From positions 10,354,001-10,418,000 of the forward strand of contig NC_043008.1 in assembly GCF_006345805.1 (NCBI RefSeq): a stretch of DNA of 64,000 nucleotides. The letters are read 5' to 3'. The notes under the pieces were generated by a model, which saw only the letters and a list, made by a program, of their open reading frames with translations, made no database searches and was not told the origin of the DNA. The stretch comes from Octopus sinensis. Taxonomy: Eukaryota. Positions 22,929 through 35,199 of the stretch are shown here, piece after piece. Every line of letters begins with the position of its first letter. Position 1 is the stretch's first letter. The position numbers and the translations under genes are program-made.

Positions 22929-24592
22929 TTGTCCCTATATTATGTTATCAACCTCTGAGGAAGAAAAACTCACACCCTACAAACTGAACTCAGAGCAATA
23001 AACTTACCAGTTAGCCAGTTGGTGATATAATCTATAACTGTGCTCAGTCACCAAGTCATTATATCTTCAAGTTCACTACATTGATTTCAGATAAACATGT
23101 AACAGATTTAGATTTATTTATTATAGAGAGTACTTGAAGTTTAAACTTACATGACATCAGCCCAGCCACTAACTCCCACCCCCAGAAAACTCAGTACAAC
23201 CTATGGTTGTTAGTGTAGTTCCTGTTATTTAGGAATTTCTCCTCACTAAACAAAGTGCAAATGGTCTAAATACTGACATTTTAATTGCTTTCAGGGATAT
23301 AGCTGAAGTGGAAGGCTAATCAGAGATAGTGAAAGCTGCGTCATGGACTTGGCTGGCCAAGATCTAGTTTCTCCCATATATAAGTGGCTCACTTCAAGTT
23401 TACTGTATTGAAATTTGTTTGTACACCATAGTTTAGTTAATCTAGCAATATTTACTAATATCTTTTGTTTTTGGATCATGTTATTATAAAGATTATATGT
23501 AACATGGTATAAATTGACAATCACACTCACACACACATGCATGTATATTTATGCACACATATACACACATTGATTCATATGGAATTTGTTGAGGTAGAAA
23601 TTTTATAGCCAGATGCACTCCCTGGCACTGAACCTCACCTGTTTCCAGGTAAGGTAAAACTATCCCCTTTGACTGGGTGTGTTTCCATGGAATGCTAATG
23701 AATGTTAGGGCTCCTGGGATGGTGACTCTCACAATTATCATATGAAGTCGAGACAAAGAGATAAACACACAAACACACACACACACACACAAACACACGC
23801 ACGCGCACATACACACACGCACGCGCACACGCACACACACACACACACGCACACACCTTTCAGTTTCCATCAACCAACTCCATTCACAAGGTTGCGGTTG
23901 GTTCAGGGCTACATTGGAGGGCATTTTTCCAAGGTGACACATGGTGGGCCTGGCCCCCAAAACCATGTGATTGTGAAGGAGACATCTTAAACCTTTATCA
24001 TTCAGATTATTCTGTAAAATGTTTTGTTTATTTATTTACATTGTTTTGATTTAATCATACTTTATCTCATAGCTTTATGATTTCAATGATGTGATTGTTT
24101 CTTTTTAGAATGACATTGTAAGGTAAGTGTGAAAGGCCAGACCTGGCTGGTTTGAACATAAAACAGGTAGAATATTTTTTCCGGATATGCAAGCCATATC
24201 CGGAAAAAATATTCTACATTGCACACACACACACACACACACAGAGGAATTCATACATTGATTGATAAGCGCCACTGCATGAAACACCTGGCCCTTGAGT
24301 CACTGCATAAACTCTATTGATTAAATAAAAGATATGGTGGCATCCTGTTGGTTGCAACGATGAGGGTTCCAGTTGATCCAATCAACAGAACAGCCAGCTT
24401 GTGAAATTAAAGTGTAAGTGGCTGAGCACTCCACAGACATAAGTACCCTTAACGTAATTCTCAGGGAGATTTAGCATGACACAGTGTGTGACAAGGCAGG
24501 CCCTTTGAAATATGGGTACAACAGAAACAGGAAGAAAGAGTGAGAGAAAGTTGTGGTGAAAGAGTACATCAGGGTTCGCCCATTGTTTGTTT

Positions 24593-24947
24593 GTATAATA
24601 ATAATGAAATTATTGTATACAGTGCTCAGGTGCATCACAACTTGTCAGACAGTGTGTATAAAGTGTATGCAGTAATGTACAAATGTCTGGAAAGCAAACA
24701 ATGTATGAGTCAGATACATGATTGTGTGTGTATGGAGGGGAGAAAATCGGATGTAGTGTTGGCGAATCTCAGGAAGCATGGAAGTTTTGAAGGATGCAGT
24801 GCTCCGACAACTAACAACTGATGCTGGCAGTTTGTTCCATGCTTCAGCAATTCTTAGCATGAAAAAATGTTTCCGAAAGTCATGGGAGCTGTGCTGTTTT
24901 CTGACTTTGTAAATATGTCCACGGGTGTTAGACGGGTGGAGTTTGAA
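24593..24947 (-). mobile_element. CR1-clade LINE 3' end
   Basis: NTRGHIYKVRKQHSSHDFRKHFFMLRIAEAWNKLPASVVSCRSTASFKTSM. Confidence 0.85.
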
Positions 24948-25376
24948 TGTATGTATGTATGTATATGTTTGTGTGTGTGTGTCTATTTGTCCCCCTACCA
25001 TCACTTGACAACTGATGTTGGTGTGCTAACGTCCCTGTAACTTGGTGGTTCAGCAAAAGAAACTGATAGAATAAGTACTACTGGGGGTGATTTGTTCGAC
25101 TACAAGTGGTGCTCCAGCATGACTGCAGTCAAATGACTGAAACAACAAAAAGAATATAATAGTAATAATTATTATTTCCAAATTTTGCCCCAAGGGAGGT
25201 GGAGATGAGTTGATTACATTGACCCCAGTGTTCAGCTGGTACTCATTTTATTGACCCCTAAAGGATGAAAGTCAAAGTCCACCTTGATGGAATTTGAACT
25301 CAGAACATAGCGGCGGGCAAAATATTAGTAAGTATTTCATCCAGCATGCTAATGATTCTGCCAGCTCACTGCCTTC

Positions 25377-25407
<31 letters not shown>

Positions 25408-25408
<1 letters not shown>

Positions 25409-25774
25409 TAGCACTATGACCTGGCAACGGCAGGTCATAGTGCTAGTGCATGCATATACAGGTGCGTGCGTGCGCACATACACGCGAGTACTGTCCAAAT
25501 CTCCGACCAATCACATACAGCTAGCTGGTATTCAATCGGCGTATCAAGTTTCGGGCATTTTGATTGGGTTTTGGATAGAAAATTCACAAAAAAGTCACTT
25601 CTATTGATTTTTTAATGGCTTTGCGGGGTGACTGGGGAAATGTAAAGATGTGCACGACCACCCTTGGACAGTTTTGAATGACCATAGAAAGTGCGAGCCC
25701 TCTAACTGAAAAATTGTGGATTTGTATAAAGGATACACACACACACAGACATTTCGCCGTTTATATATATAGAG

Positions 25775-25775
<1 letters not shown>
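25408..25775 (-). mobile_element. Non-autonomous Helitron
   Basis: On the - strand: A|TCTCTATATATAT head, (TG)n, and a CTAG|T end that closes a perfect 16-bp hairpin. Inserted in (AAT)n. Confidence 0.8.
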
Positions 25776-25806
<31 letters not shown>

Positions 25807-26032
25807 TATAATAATAATGAGCTTATTGTAAACTGTGCTCACGTGCAATACAACTCATCAGAAAAGGTAACACACACATATATATATATATATTAATCAG
25901 CCGAAATTGCGAGAATGATCCGGTTCTTGACTGAAGATTGAAGGCTTCGAATGTCCCGTCCGTGTTTTTTGTATTGTCTTCTAAATGTTTTACATTCTTG
26001 TCCCAGTTTGTATTTTTCTACATATAATATAC

Positions 26033-26102
<70 letters not shown>

Positions 26103-26385
26103 CTTAATGATTATCATCATTTAGTATTCATTTTCCATGCTAGCATGGGTAAGACAGTTTGAGTGGAGCTGGTAAGCCTGAGAGCTGCCCTGGGCTCCAG
26201 TCTGTTTTGGCTTGATTTCTAAGGCTGGTGCCCTTCCTAACGCCAACCACTCCACAGAGTTTACTGGATGCCTTTTACATGTCACTGGCACAGGTGCCCT
26301 TCACATGTCACTGGCATGAGTACCTTTTACGTGTCGTTGGCACATGTGCCTTTTACATGTCACAGGCACAGGTGCCTTTTATGTA

Positions 26386-26424
<39 letters not shown>

Positions 26425-26633
26425 GAGATAAGTGTATGTTTCTTTGTCTAACCTTCTTCTGCTTCTAATCATTTGTATGTACGTGTGTGTGTGTGTGTGT
26501 GCATATATACACATACATACATATATATATACACACACACATTTTATTTATTTACTTGCCTTTCTCCTTTTTTTTTTCAGGTGTGAGGATTGTTTGTTGT
26601 TTTTCTTTTAAAAGTTTGTATTTGTTTAATAAG

Positions 26634-26737
26634 TCAACCTTGGTTGATCACAATCAGTGTGAATATGTTGAAGTATGCATACACAGATTATGTCTTATCA
26701 GCAGAATTCAAGATTGTTCTTAGAAAAGGGTTGGAAG
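26634..26737 (+). CDS. Gene 1 exon (phase 2 to 1): IQPWLITISVNMLKYAYTDYVLSAEFKIVLRKGLE
   Basis: TTTGTTTAATAAG acceptor (alternative phase-1 acceptor at 26614), AG|GTGAAG donor, open protein-like frame. Confidence 0.6.
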
Positions 26738-26931
26738 GTGAAGTGTTTGAAAATGATAAGTATTAACTATCTGAGCTTTATGTTTCTGCTCTCTTATGGC
26801 TTGGGTCAGCAAGGACATCAGAGAGGTCTTGAAAAAATACCTATAGTTTACCTTACTCACAGACCCCAGTCAAAAGGCAAAAAATGCTGTCCTTTTATGA
26901 AAGTTTTTTCCTCAATTATATAAACAAACAA

Positions 26932-27162
26932 GGCGGTGAGCTGGCAGGAACGTTAGCACACCGGGCGAAATGCTTAGCAGTATTTCGTCTGTCGTTACAT
27001 TCTGAGTTCATATTCCGCCGAGGCCGACTTTGCCTTTCATTCGTTCGGGGTCGATAAATTAAGTACCAGTTACGCACTGGGGTCGATATAATCGACTTAA
27101 TCTGTTTGTCTGTCCTTGTTTGTTCCCTCGATGTTTAGCCCCTTGTGGGTAATAAAAAAATA
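26932..27162 (+). mobile_element. SINE family A monomer, full length
   Basis: GGCGGTGAGCTGGCAGG head, B box, 15-bp TSD TATATAAACAAACAA (26917-26931 and 27163-27177). Confidence 0.92.
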
Positions 27163-27240
27163 TATATAAACAAACAAATGTTTGGTAGTTAAAGGTCCTT
27201 GTTCTCACCTTATTGACGGGTTTTCCATACCAGTCCACGA

Positions 27241-27459
27241 TAGGAGAGGGTGCTGAAAGTTCCTGGTTTTAGGTAAAAGAAAATACAGGAGGATCATTTA
27301 ATTATGATTTTATCCAACATATTCCCCTCTCAGATTCACATGCTTATTGCAGTGGTCCTCCAATGTTTCTAAGCTTTGGAAAAGAACTTGGAAGGTCAGG
27401 CCTTCAGCCAGGCATTTCATGATACTCTTAAAGCCAGCAACTTTTCAGCATCCACTTGT
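27241..27459 (-). mobile_element. Mariner-derived MITE (copy 1)
   Basis: Imperfect TIRs around GTGCTGAAAAGTT and a C-terminal remnant LETLEDHCNKHVNLRGEYVG*. Confidence 0.7.
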
Positions 27460-28329
27460 CCCTGTGTCTTTCCCCAGAAAGTTAAGGTTACATTTTTATA
27501 TCATTCATATTTAGTATTATGGATGAGGGCACAAGTTTTCCCATGTTTTGATTCCAAATGCACATTTGGACTCATTGAATTCCATTCCAATATCTCTTTT
27601 AAAAAGTACCTATATTTTACCTTACTTACAGACCCTTGTCAAAAGGGAAAAAATGTGTTTTTAAAAAAGTGCTTTTCTCAATTATATGAATAACTGAATC
27701 TTTGGTAGTTAAATGTTAACAAGTTTTTCTTTACAAGTAAGTGAAAGAAAAACTAAAATTTGCTAAACCAACATCATCACCATGATCATACTCATCCTTT
27801 TACATTAATTTTTCATGTTGGTATGGCTTAGATAGGTTGTCATGGTTACACCTAGTTCATAGTTGTAATTACTGTTCTTCTGAAAGACTCTCACTTGTAC
27901 ATTCCATTTTAGTATAGTTTCAATTGCTGTATTTCTTTTCTAACACCGCCACTAAACAGAAGGTATTGAGCGTGTTTTGTGGCATCAGCACTAGAGAGGT
28001 CATCCTGTCCACAGCAAAGCAAAAGCATATATCCCTACTCAATGTTGTCTTAATTTGTTCTCCATTCCCACTGGTTTATAGAGTGTTTTAATTGTGGTAC
28101 ATGTATTATGTACACACACACACACACGGCATTTGATTCCTGCAAGCAACATTGTTTTTTTGTCTTCTGCGTTAGATACATTGTCTTGTTGAGACTGAGT
28201 TTCTCATTGGCTCATTGACTGGTTGGTATAATCTGAGTATAAATGTCTTCTTTTCATAAGTTTTGAATTCAAATCTTCTACCAAACTTTAGTCAGAATTT
28301 ATGTTCCTAACACTAGCTGAATGATAACT

Positions 28330-28549
28330 AAGTTATTTTACTAAATTCTTTGTTATATTTACAATTAATGCCAAAATTTTTAGAAATTTCTGTCAAACGT
28401 TTTTGGGGTAGCGTGCGTATTGTGAAAAATTATAATGGTAAGTTATTTTACTAAATTCTTTGTTATATTTACAATTAATGCCAAAATTTTTAGAAATTTC
28501 TGTCAAACGTTTTTGGGGTAGCGTGCGTATTGTGAAAAATTATAATGGT
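28330..28549. repeat. 110-bp perfect tandem duplication
   Basis: TAAGTTATTTTACTAAATTC...ATTATAATGG occurs twice. Confidence 0.9.
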
Positions 28550-28742
28550 AATGGACAATGTGTCTAATTTTGGCATATTTAGCATTAGAAATTTTTTTCG
28601 TTTGCCCTCATTTATAAATTGTTTATAAATTTAACCTTTAAAGGTATTTTTTAATATGCTGGCCATTGATAAAATTTTTTTTCGAAAAAATTTTATCTTA
28701 CATTAAATATATATACATATATATTTAATACATATATATATG

Positions 28743-29082
28743 AGGCGCAGGAGTGGCTGTGTGGTAAGTAGCTTGCTAACCAACCACATGGTTCTGGGTT
28801 GGTAGACGGAAACTGAAAGAAGCCTGTGGTACATATGTGTATATATATATGTATGTGTGTGTGTGTGTGTGTGTCTGTGTTTGTCCCCCTAGCATTGCTT
28901 GACAACCGATGCTGGTGTGTTTACATCCCCGTCACTTAGCGGTTCGGCAAAAGAGACCGATAGAATAAGTACTGGGCTTACAAAGAATAAGTCCTGGGGT
29001 CGATTTGCTCGACTAAAGGCGGTGCTCCAGCATGGCCGCAGTCAAATGACTGAAACAAGTAAAAGAGTAAAAGAGTAAAGAG
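28743..29082 (+). mobile_element. SINE family B (internal deletion)
   Basis: GGCGCAGGAGTGGCTGTGTGG head and (AAAAGAGT)n tail. An inverted degenerate copy follows at about 29130-29395. Confidence 0.85.
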
Positions 29083-29117
<35 letters not shown>

Positions 29118-29402
29118 ATGTATATGTATGTCTGTTGTGTATCTTTTTGTGTTTACTTGTTTCACTCATTGGATTGCGGCTTAACCCCAATACTTGTTCA
29201 ATTGATATCTTTAGCTGAATCACTAAGTTACAGTAACATAAACAAACCAACACACACACACGTATGTGTAAGTCTTTTGTCCTTCCCCAGCAGCTTGATG
29301 ACTCTAGTTGGCCTGGGGTTATATAAAAGGACACACAAGATGCCATGCAGTGGGACTAAACCTGGAACCATGTGGTTGCAAAGTGAACTTCTTCAGCTCT
29401 AC

Positions 29403-29445
<43 letters not shown>

Positions 29446-29781
29446 ACACACACACACACACACAACACACACACACACACGTATCTATTAGAATCCACTC
29501 AGAAATTAGAATTAAGCAAAATTAGTAGGTAGGGTTTTTATGTTCTTGTCTATGACATTTAACTTTCTGTAATCCAATTCTTTAAACTGTTAATTTCTAC
29601 AATAAAAGGGGACATCTTAACACCTGTAAGCAGCATGGGCACAGAGTTAAAAAATATTTTTAAAAACCCCAAAATCAAGTTTTTCATTTGCTGGCCCCAC
29701 TTAGATCTAATTTACCTATTACTTCTTTCATGTGCGGAAAATAAGCTCTGCCAAGCCAAACTTGTTCTAGATGCAAAACAC

Positions 29782-30015
29782 ACACACGCATGCACGCGCG
29801 CGCACACACACACACACACACAATCACACGCACACAAACATATGTGCATGCACACACACACACGCACACACACACAAACATGTGTATGTGTGCACACACA
29901 CGCACACACAAACACACGCACACACAAACATATGCGCATGCACACACACAATCACACACATACACAATCACACACATACACAATCACACACATACACACA
30001 CAGACAAACACATGC

Positions 30016-30056
<41 letters not shown>

Positions 30057-31532
30057 TAAAAACTGCCCCGAGTGGTATTACTAAAAACTCCATGGCTTTA
30101 CGGAACCCATTAATTCTCTCCCTCTCACTTTGTTTTTGCTCCGTTTCTATCATTTTCTTTCTACCTGGAATAAATCTTTGAGATAATTAGAAGACTTTTT
30201 TATCTATTTAGTTGTTGTCAGCTAGTTGTCATTTGAAATACACTAAATCAGCCGCCAACACCATCGACCCCCCCCCCCACCCCCCAACCATCCCTACCCA
30301 ACAACATTGACAATCAACAGTTCCACAATAACCAAAACATATCTCATTGGTGGTTGCTTCTCTTCAAAGGGAAAAACAGAATATAAGAGGTGGTGGTGGT
30401 GGTTGTGGTGGTGGTGGTGGTGTTGGTGGTTGTGGTGGTGGTGGTGGTGTTGGTGGTTGTGGTTGTGGTGGTGATGGTGGGTAGTGGTGGTGGTGGTGGT
30501 GGTGGTGGTGGTGATGGTGGGTAGTGGTGGTGGTGGTGGTTGTGGTGGTGGTGGTCGTGGTGGTGGTCGTGGTGGTGGTGGTGGTTGTAGTGGTTGCGGT
30601 GGTGGTAGTGGTAGTGGTAGTGGTTGTGGTGGTTGTGGTGGTTGTGGTGGTGGTGGTGGTGGTAGTGGTGGTGGTGGTGGTTGTGGTGGTGGTGGTGGTG
30701 GTTGTGGTGGTGGTGGTGGTTGTGGTGGTGGTGGTGGTGGTGGTTGTGGTGATGGTAGTGGTTGTGGTGATTGCCGTGGTGGTGGTTGAGGTGAAAATAA
30801 TTAGGGAAAGTAGATCCTATCATGTATTTAATTTCTAATTATCTCTGGACCAAGATAATGAGAAATAATAAGGATCACCATATTTGTCATTAACTAATTA
30901 CTTTAAGTACAGAGAATGAGCTTTATCTGTTTCTTAACAAGAGAATATTTTTTCTGTATTGGTAATTATGAATGTATGTGTGTGTGTGTGTTAAATGTAT
31001 GTATGTGTACATGAGTATATGTGTGTGTATGTCATTGAGAATGTGCATGTGTGTGTGTATGTGTGCATGCATTTCTAAGAAAGTGTGTATGTAACTGAAA
31101 GAATATAATTACCTGTATGCATACAGAGTGTATAAAACGTTTTATACTTGGATCTGTAAATATCTACAATATGAAAATTAGAACTGCATGTATGTGTACT
31201 CACATGAATGTATATAGGCATTATCTTCATCAGGAGTCCCTATAAGTGTATATACATCTGTAAGGCAGTGCCCCAGCATGGCCTCGGTCTAATGACTGAA
31301 AGAAGTAAAAGGTAAAAAAAAGATAAAAGATTATGAATGTATGAAAGCGCTAATTGAACTTTATGAACATTACAAAATATTTTTTTGATGTTAAACATAC
31401 TTAAACATTGTAAAATAATTTATATTTTTTTAAAATACCATAATAAAACACATGAAAACCAGACCATGTTTTAACTTTATTCAGCTGATATATTATTCTA
31501 TACATATTTACACAAATTTGGAATATATATAT

Positions 31533-31566
<34 letters not shown>

Positions 31567-31581
31567 GTGTGTGTATATATA

Positions 31582-31627
<46 letters not shown>

Positions 31628-31750
31628 GTGTGTGTGTATGTACATATATATATATACATATATATATGCGTGTGTGTATATATATATATATATGTATGTA
31701 TGTATATATATATGTATGTATGTATGTATGTGTATATATATATACATATC
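29782..31750. repeat. Microsatellite cluster: (CA)n 29782-30053, (GGT)n 30388-30788, (TA)/(TATG)n 31525-31750
   Basis: Direct reading. Confidence 0.9.
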
Positions 31751-31937
31751 ATGTAATATATCATGCATAGATGCAGGCGTAACTGCGTGGTAAGAAGCTT
31801 GCATTTCAAACACATGGTTCTGGGTTCAGTCCCACAGCAGGGCACTTTGGGCAAGTATTTTCTACTATAGCCATGGGCCAACCAAAGCCTTGTGAGTGGA
31901 TTTGGTAGATAGAAACTGAAAGAAGCTTGTTGCATAT

Positions 31938-31988
<51 letters not shown>

Positions 31989-32730
31989 TTGCACATTAAT
32001 CTCATGGGTAGGCTGTTCTGCTGATTGAAGCAACAAGGCCCCTAGTTGACATAACCAAACAAAGGGCCAATTTGTTTCTTTTGTTATAGTTATTTTTAGA
32101 GGCCTTGTACCTATATCAGAAATCAATATCCTTAATAGTTACATATTGAGCCTCACATTCTGAAGATAAGTTTCTAATGGAACCAACTTTTTAAGACAAT
32201 TTCAATTTTAGATAAAAAAAAAAACACTTTTGCTTTCCTTATTGTAATGATATCTTTGAAAACTGTGCTGAATCTGGTGGGAAAGGTGATGTAAAGGAGT
32301 GGGTGAAAAGTTCTTAGATGTCATACACTTATGAGTCCTCATGTCAAGCTTTTGATGTGATTTATTCCCTCTGTGATTTGGGTCCCTTGTGTCAAGCACT
32401 TAAGCACTACCTTCTCACTGAACTGGTCCAATTATTTTTGTCGCTTCAGTGTCACAACATGTTTCATATGACATCAATACAAATTTAAAACCATGGCTAC
32501 CATCCTTACATAGGAAATATAGCCTGTTTACATCTCCATTGATGTTTCTAGTTTCACCAAGCAGCTTGTGAGTTCATATGTCTATCTGGTTGAGCTGCTG
32601 CAGCAACCAGTTTAGAAGGCCAGATGTGGATACGAGAATAGACACTGTGGGTAATATGCTTGTTAAACTCTTTTGAAGTTAAAGGTCCTCGTTTTCTCTT
32701 TATTGATGGGTTTTCCATACCAGTCCAAGA

Positions 32731-32946
32731 TAGGAGAGGGTGCTGAAATTTCCTGGTTTTAGGTAAAAAATCAAGGAGGATCATTTCATTATGATTTTAT
32801 TCAACATATTCCCCTCTCAGATTCACACACTTATTGCAGTAGTCCTTCAGTATTTCTAAGCCTTGCAAAAGAACTCAGAATGTCAGGCCTTCAGCCAGGC
32901 ATTTCATGATACTCTTAAAGCCAGCAACTTTTCAGTATCCACTTGT
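32731..32946 (-). mobile_element. Mariner-derived MITE (copy 2, within a local duplication)
   Basis: Roughly 90% identical by eye to 27241-27459, including both flanks. Confidence 0.75.
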
Positions 32947-33444
32947 CCCTGTGTCTTTCCCCAGAAAGTTAAGGTTACATTTTTATATCATTGATATTTA
33001 GTATTATGGATGAGGGCACAAATTTTCCCATGTTTTAACTCCAAATGCACACTTGGACTCATTGAATTTCATTCCAATATGTCTTGGGAATTGGGTTATG
33101 AAGTCCAGATGTAATTAATACTTGACCCATACAGCTTCAGATCATCAAAAAAGAAAAGGGAAGAGGTATTACTGGATCCCTTCCTTTAGCTGGTATGTTT
33201 CATGATTAGGTATGGCAGAGGGTTTAATAAAAGAAAAAATGGTGATTATGACAGATGCCTTGAAGGATGCTTTTTTGGTAGTGTCAGGGGTCAGATTTTA
33301 TATGTTCATTGTTAGCTCTAAGAATTAGGAGGAGTACCAGGTGGATGGCAGCTACTGGTAGTGGTGGGAGTTTGTTTAATGGCAGTGCTTTGGAAATCTA
33401 CCCATGTAGTATACTGTAAAAGACTTTCTGGTAGTCCACACACA

Positions 33445-34788
33445 TGTATGTATGTATGTATGTATGTATGTATGTATGTATGTATGTATGTATGTATGTA
33501 TGAATGTATGTATGTATGTATGTCAGGTCACTTTCAAGTGCTACTGGTAACATGTAACCCACTACAACCTGTTGCATGGTCGGGTCGTTGGTGACTAAAC
33601 CGGCAACCCCACCAAGCTTGCTTGGTGAGGAGGTGTTTATTGGACACCCTGTGGGATGAAAAACAAAACCCGTCAAAGGGCTGAGGAACTCCTGAGAGTC
33701 AACAGCCATCCAATAAATGTCTTAATGCTGTATCATTCGCAGGGACATAGAATAATCGGACTGAATACTCGATCGCGCGCTTAAACCATTGGGAGTGAAG
33801 GACTCCTAGCCTTTGTTAGGGCATCCTTCTAGGAGAGGGTAACTCAGGTATCTGGGATAACTCTGACATAAAACCTGCGGCTCAGTGGTTACCGATGATG
33901 TTGACTCATTCTTCTTTTCGGATTATGACTGCTGTTACTTAGTGAGTGGGATTGACTCAGTGCACAGCCTTTCCTCACTTAAAAAAAAATCTTCTTGCAC
34001 AGGCATTGCACGATAACAACATTGATTAAGCTTCGTGCAATGGCCATACTCGACAATGAGGGGGCAGCCACCATGTATGTATGTATGTATTATGTATGTA
34101 TGTATGTATGTATGTATGTATGTATGTATGAATGTATGTATGTATGTATGTCAGGTCACTTTCAAGTGCTACTGGTAACATGTAACCCACTACAACCTGT
34201 TGCATGGTCGGGTCGTTGGTGACTAAACCGGCAACCCCACCAAGCTTGCTTGGTGAGGAGGGTGTTTATTGGACACCCTGTGGGATGAAAAACAAAACCC
34301 GTCAAAGGGCTGAGGAACTCCTGAGAGTCAACAGCCATCCAATAAATGTCTTAAGGCTGTATCATGCGCAGGGACATAGAAATAATCGGACTGAATACTC
34401 GATCGCGCGCTTAAACCATTGGGAGTGAAGGACTCCTAGCCTTTGTTAGGGCATCCTTCTAGGAGAGGGTAACTCAGGTATCTGGGATAACTCTGACATA
34501 AAACCTGCGGCTCAGTGGTTACCGATGATGTTGACTCATTCTTCTTTTCGGATTATGACTGCTGTTACTTAGTGAGTGGGATGACTCAGTGCACAGCCTT
34601 TCCTCACTTAAAAAAAAATCTTCTTGCACAGGCATTGCACGATAACAACATTGATTAAGCTTCGTGCAATGGCCATACTCGACAATGAGGGGGCAGCCAC
34701 CATGTATGTATGTATGTATGTATGTATGTATGCATGCATGTATGTATGTATGTATGTATGTATGTATGTATGTATGTATGTATGTATG
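33445..34788 (+). repeat. 628-bp tandem duplication bounded by (TATG)n; unit resembles a LINE (RTE-like) 5' region
   Basis: TCAGGTCAC at 33523 and 34151. Copies are nearly identical. Three (TATG)n tracts. Confidence 0.85.
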
Positions 34789-35199
34789 TGTATATTTATA
34801 TCATTGTAATATATCAATGAAGGAGGTAAACATCAGTGCCCCTCCCTCCAAGAAAAAACCCCTCTTCTCCCCACCCCAGTTGTTTCAGTGAAGCCCAAAC
34901 TCCTGACACTCCTTTGCTACCCTCCCCATTTGATATTCAGTAAACCAGTGATTAGTCCCTTGGAAACTCATAAACATTGGTGCTCTTGGCTACAAACTGT
35001 CATGGACAAGAAAAGAAACAAGACAGAAATGAGAAGTTTTTAAATTTATCACTCTGAGGTACATGACTCAATCTTGAAATAAGTGAAATCAAACACCTAG
35101 GAAGAGTGTACACAAAAATATGTATATTATTAAAGAGGGATTGACACACAATATCAATAAATTTATTATGCTTCAGTAATAAAACCTATCCTTATAGTT

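Noticed and set aside
23295-23320. Strong acceptor TTAATTGCTTTCAG
   Set aside because: Stops in all three frames within 25 nt and no donor.
25931-25958. CTGAAGA...GAATGTC hammerhead-like motif (similar traces at 41785 and, on -, 16817)
   Set aside because: Helix II is not foldable or GAAA is missing. At most heavily decayed relics.
27500-27597. - strand peptide DIGMEFNESKCAFG resembling an RT motif
   Set aside because: Too short, no adjoining RT motifs, and ends in a stop.
33141-33192. Candidate exon with a CTG|GTATGT donor
   Set aside because: Weak pyrimidine tract, ambiguous frame, and not needed for phase continuity.
33678-33707. Hammerhead-like CTGAGGA-ACTC/GAGT
   Set aside because: Followed by CAAC rather than GAAA, and no NUH helix; it is a simple hairpin.
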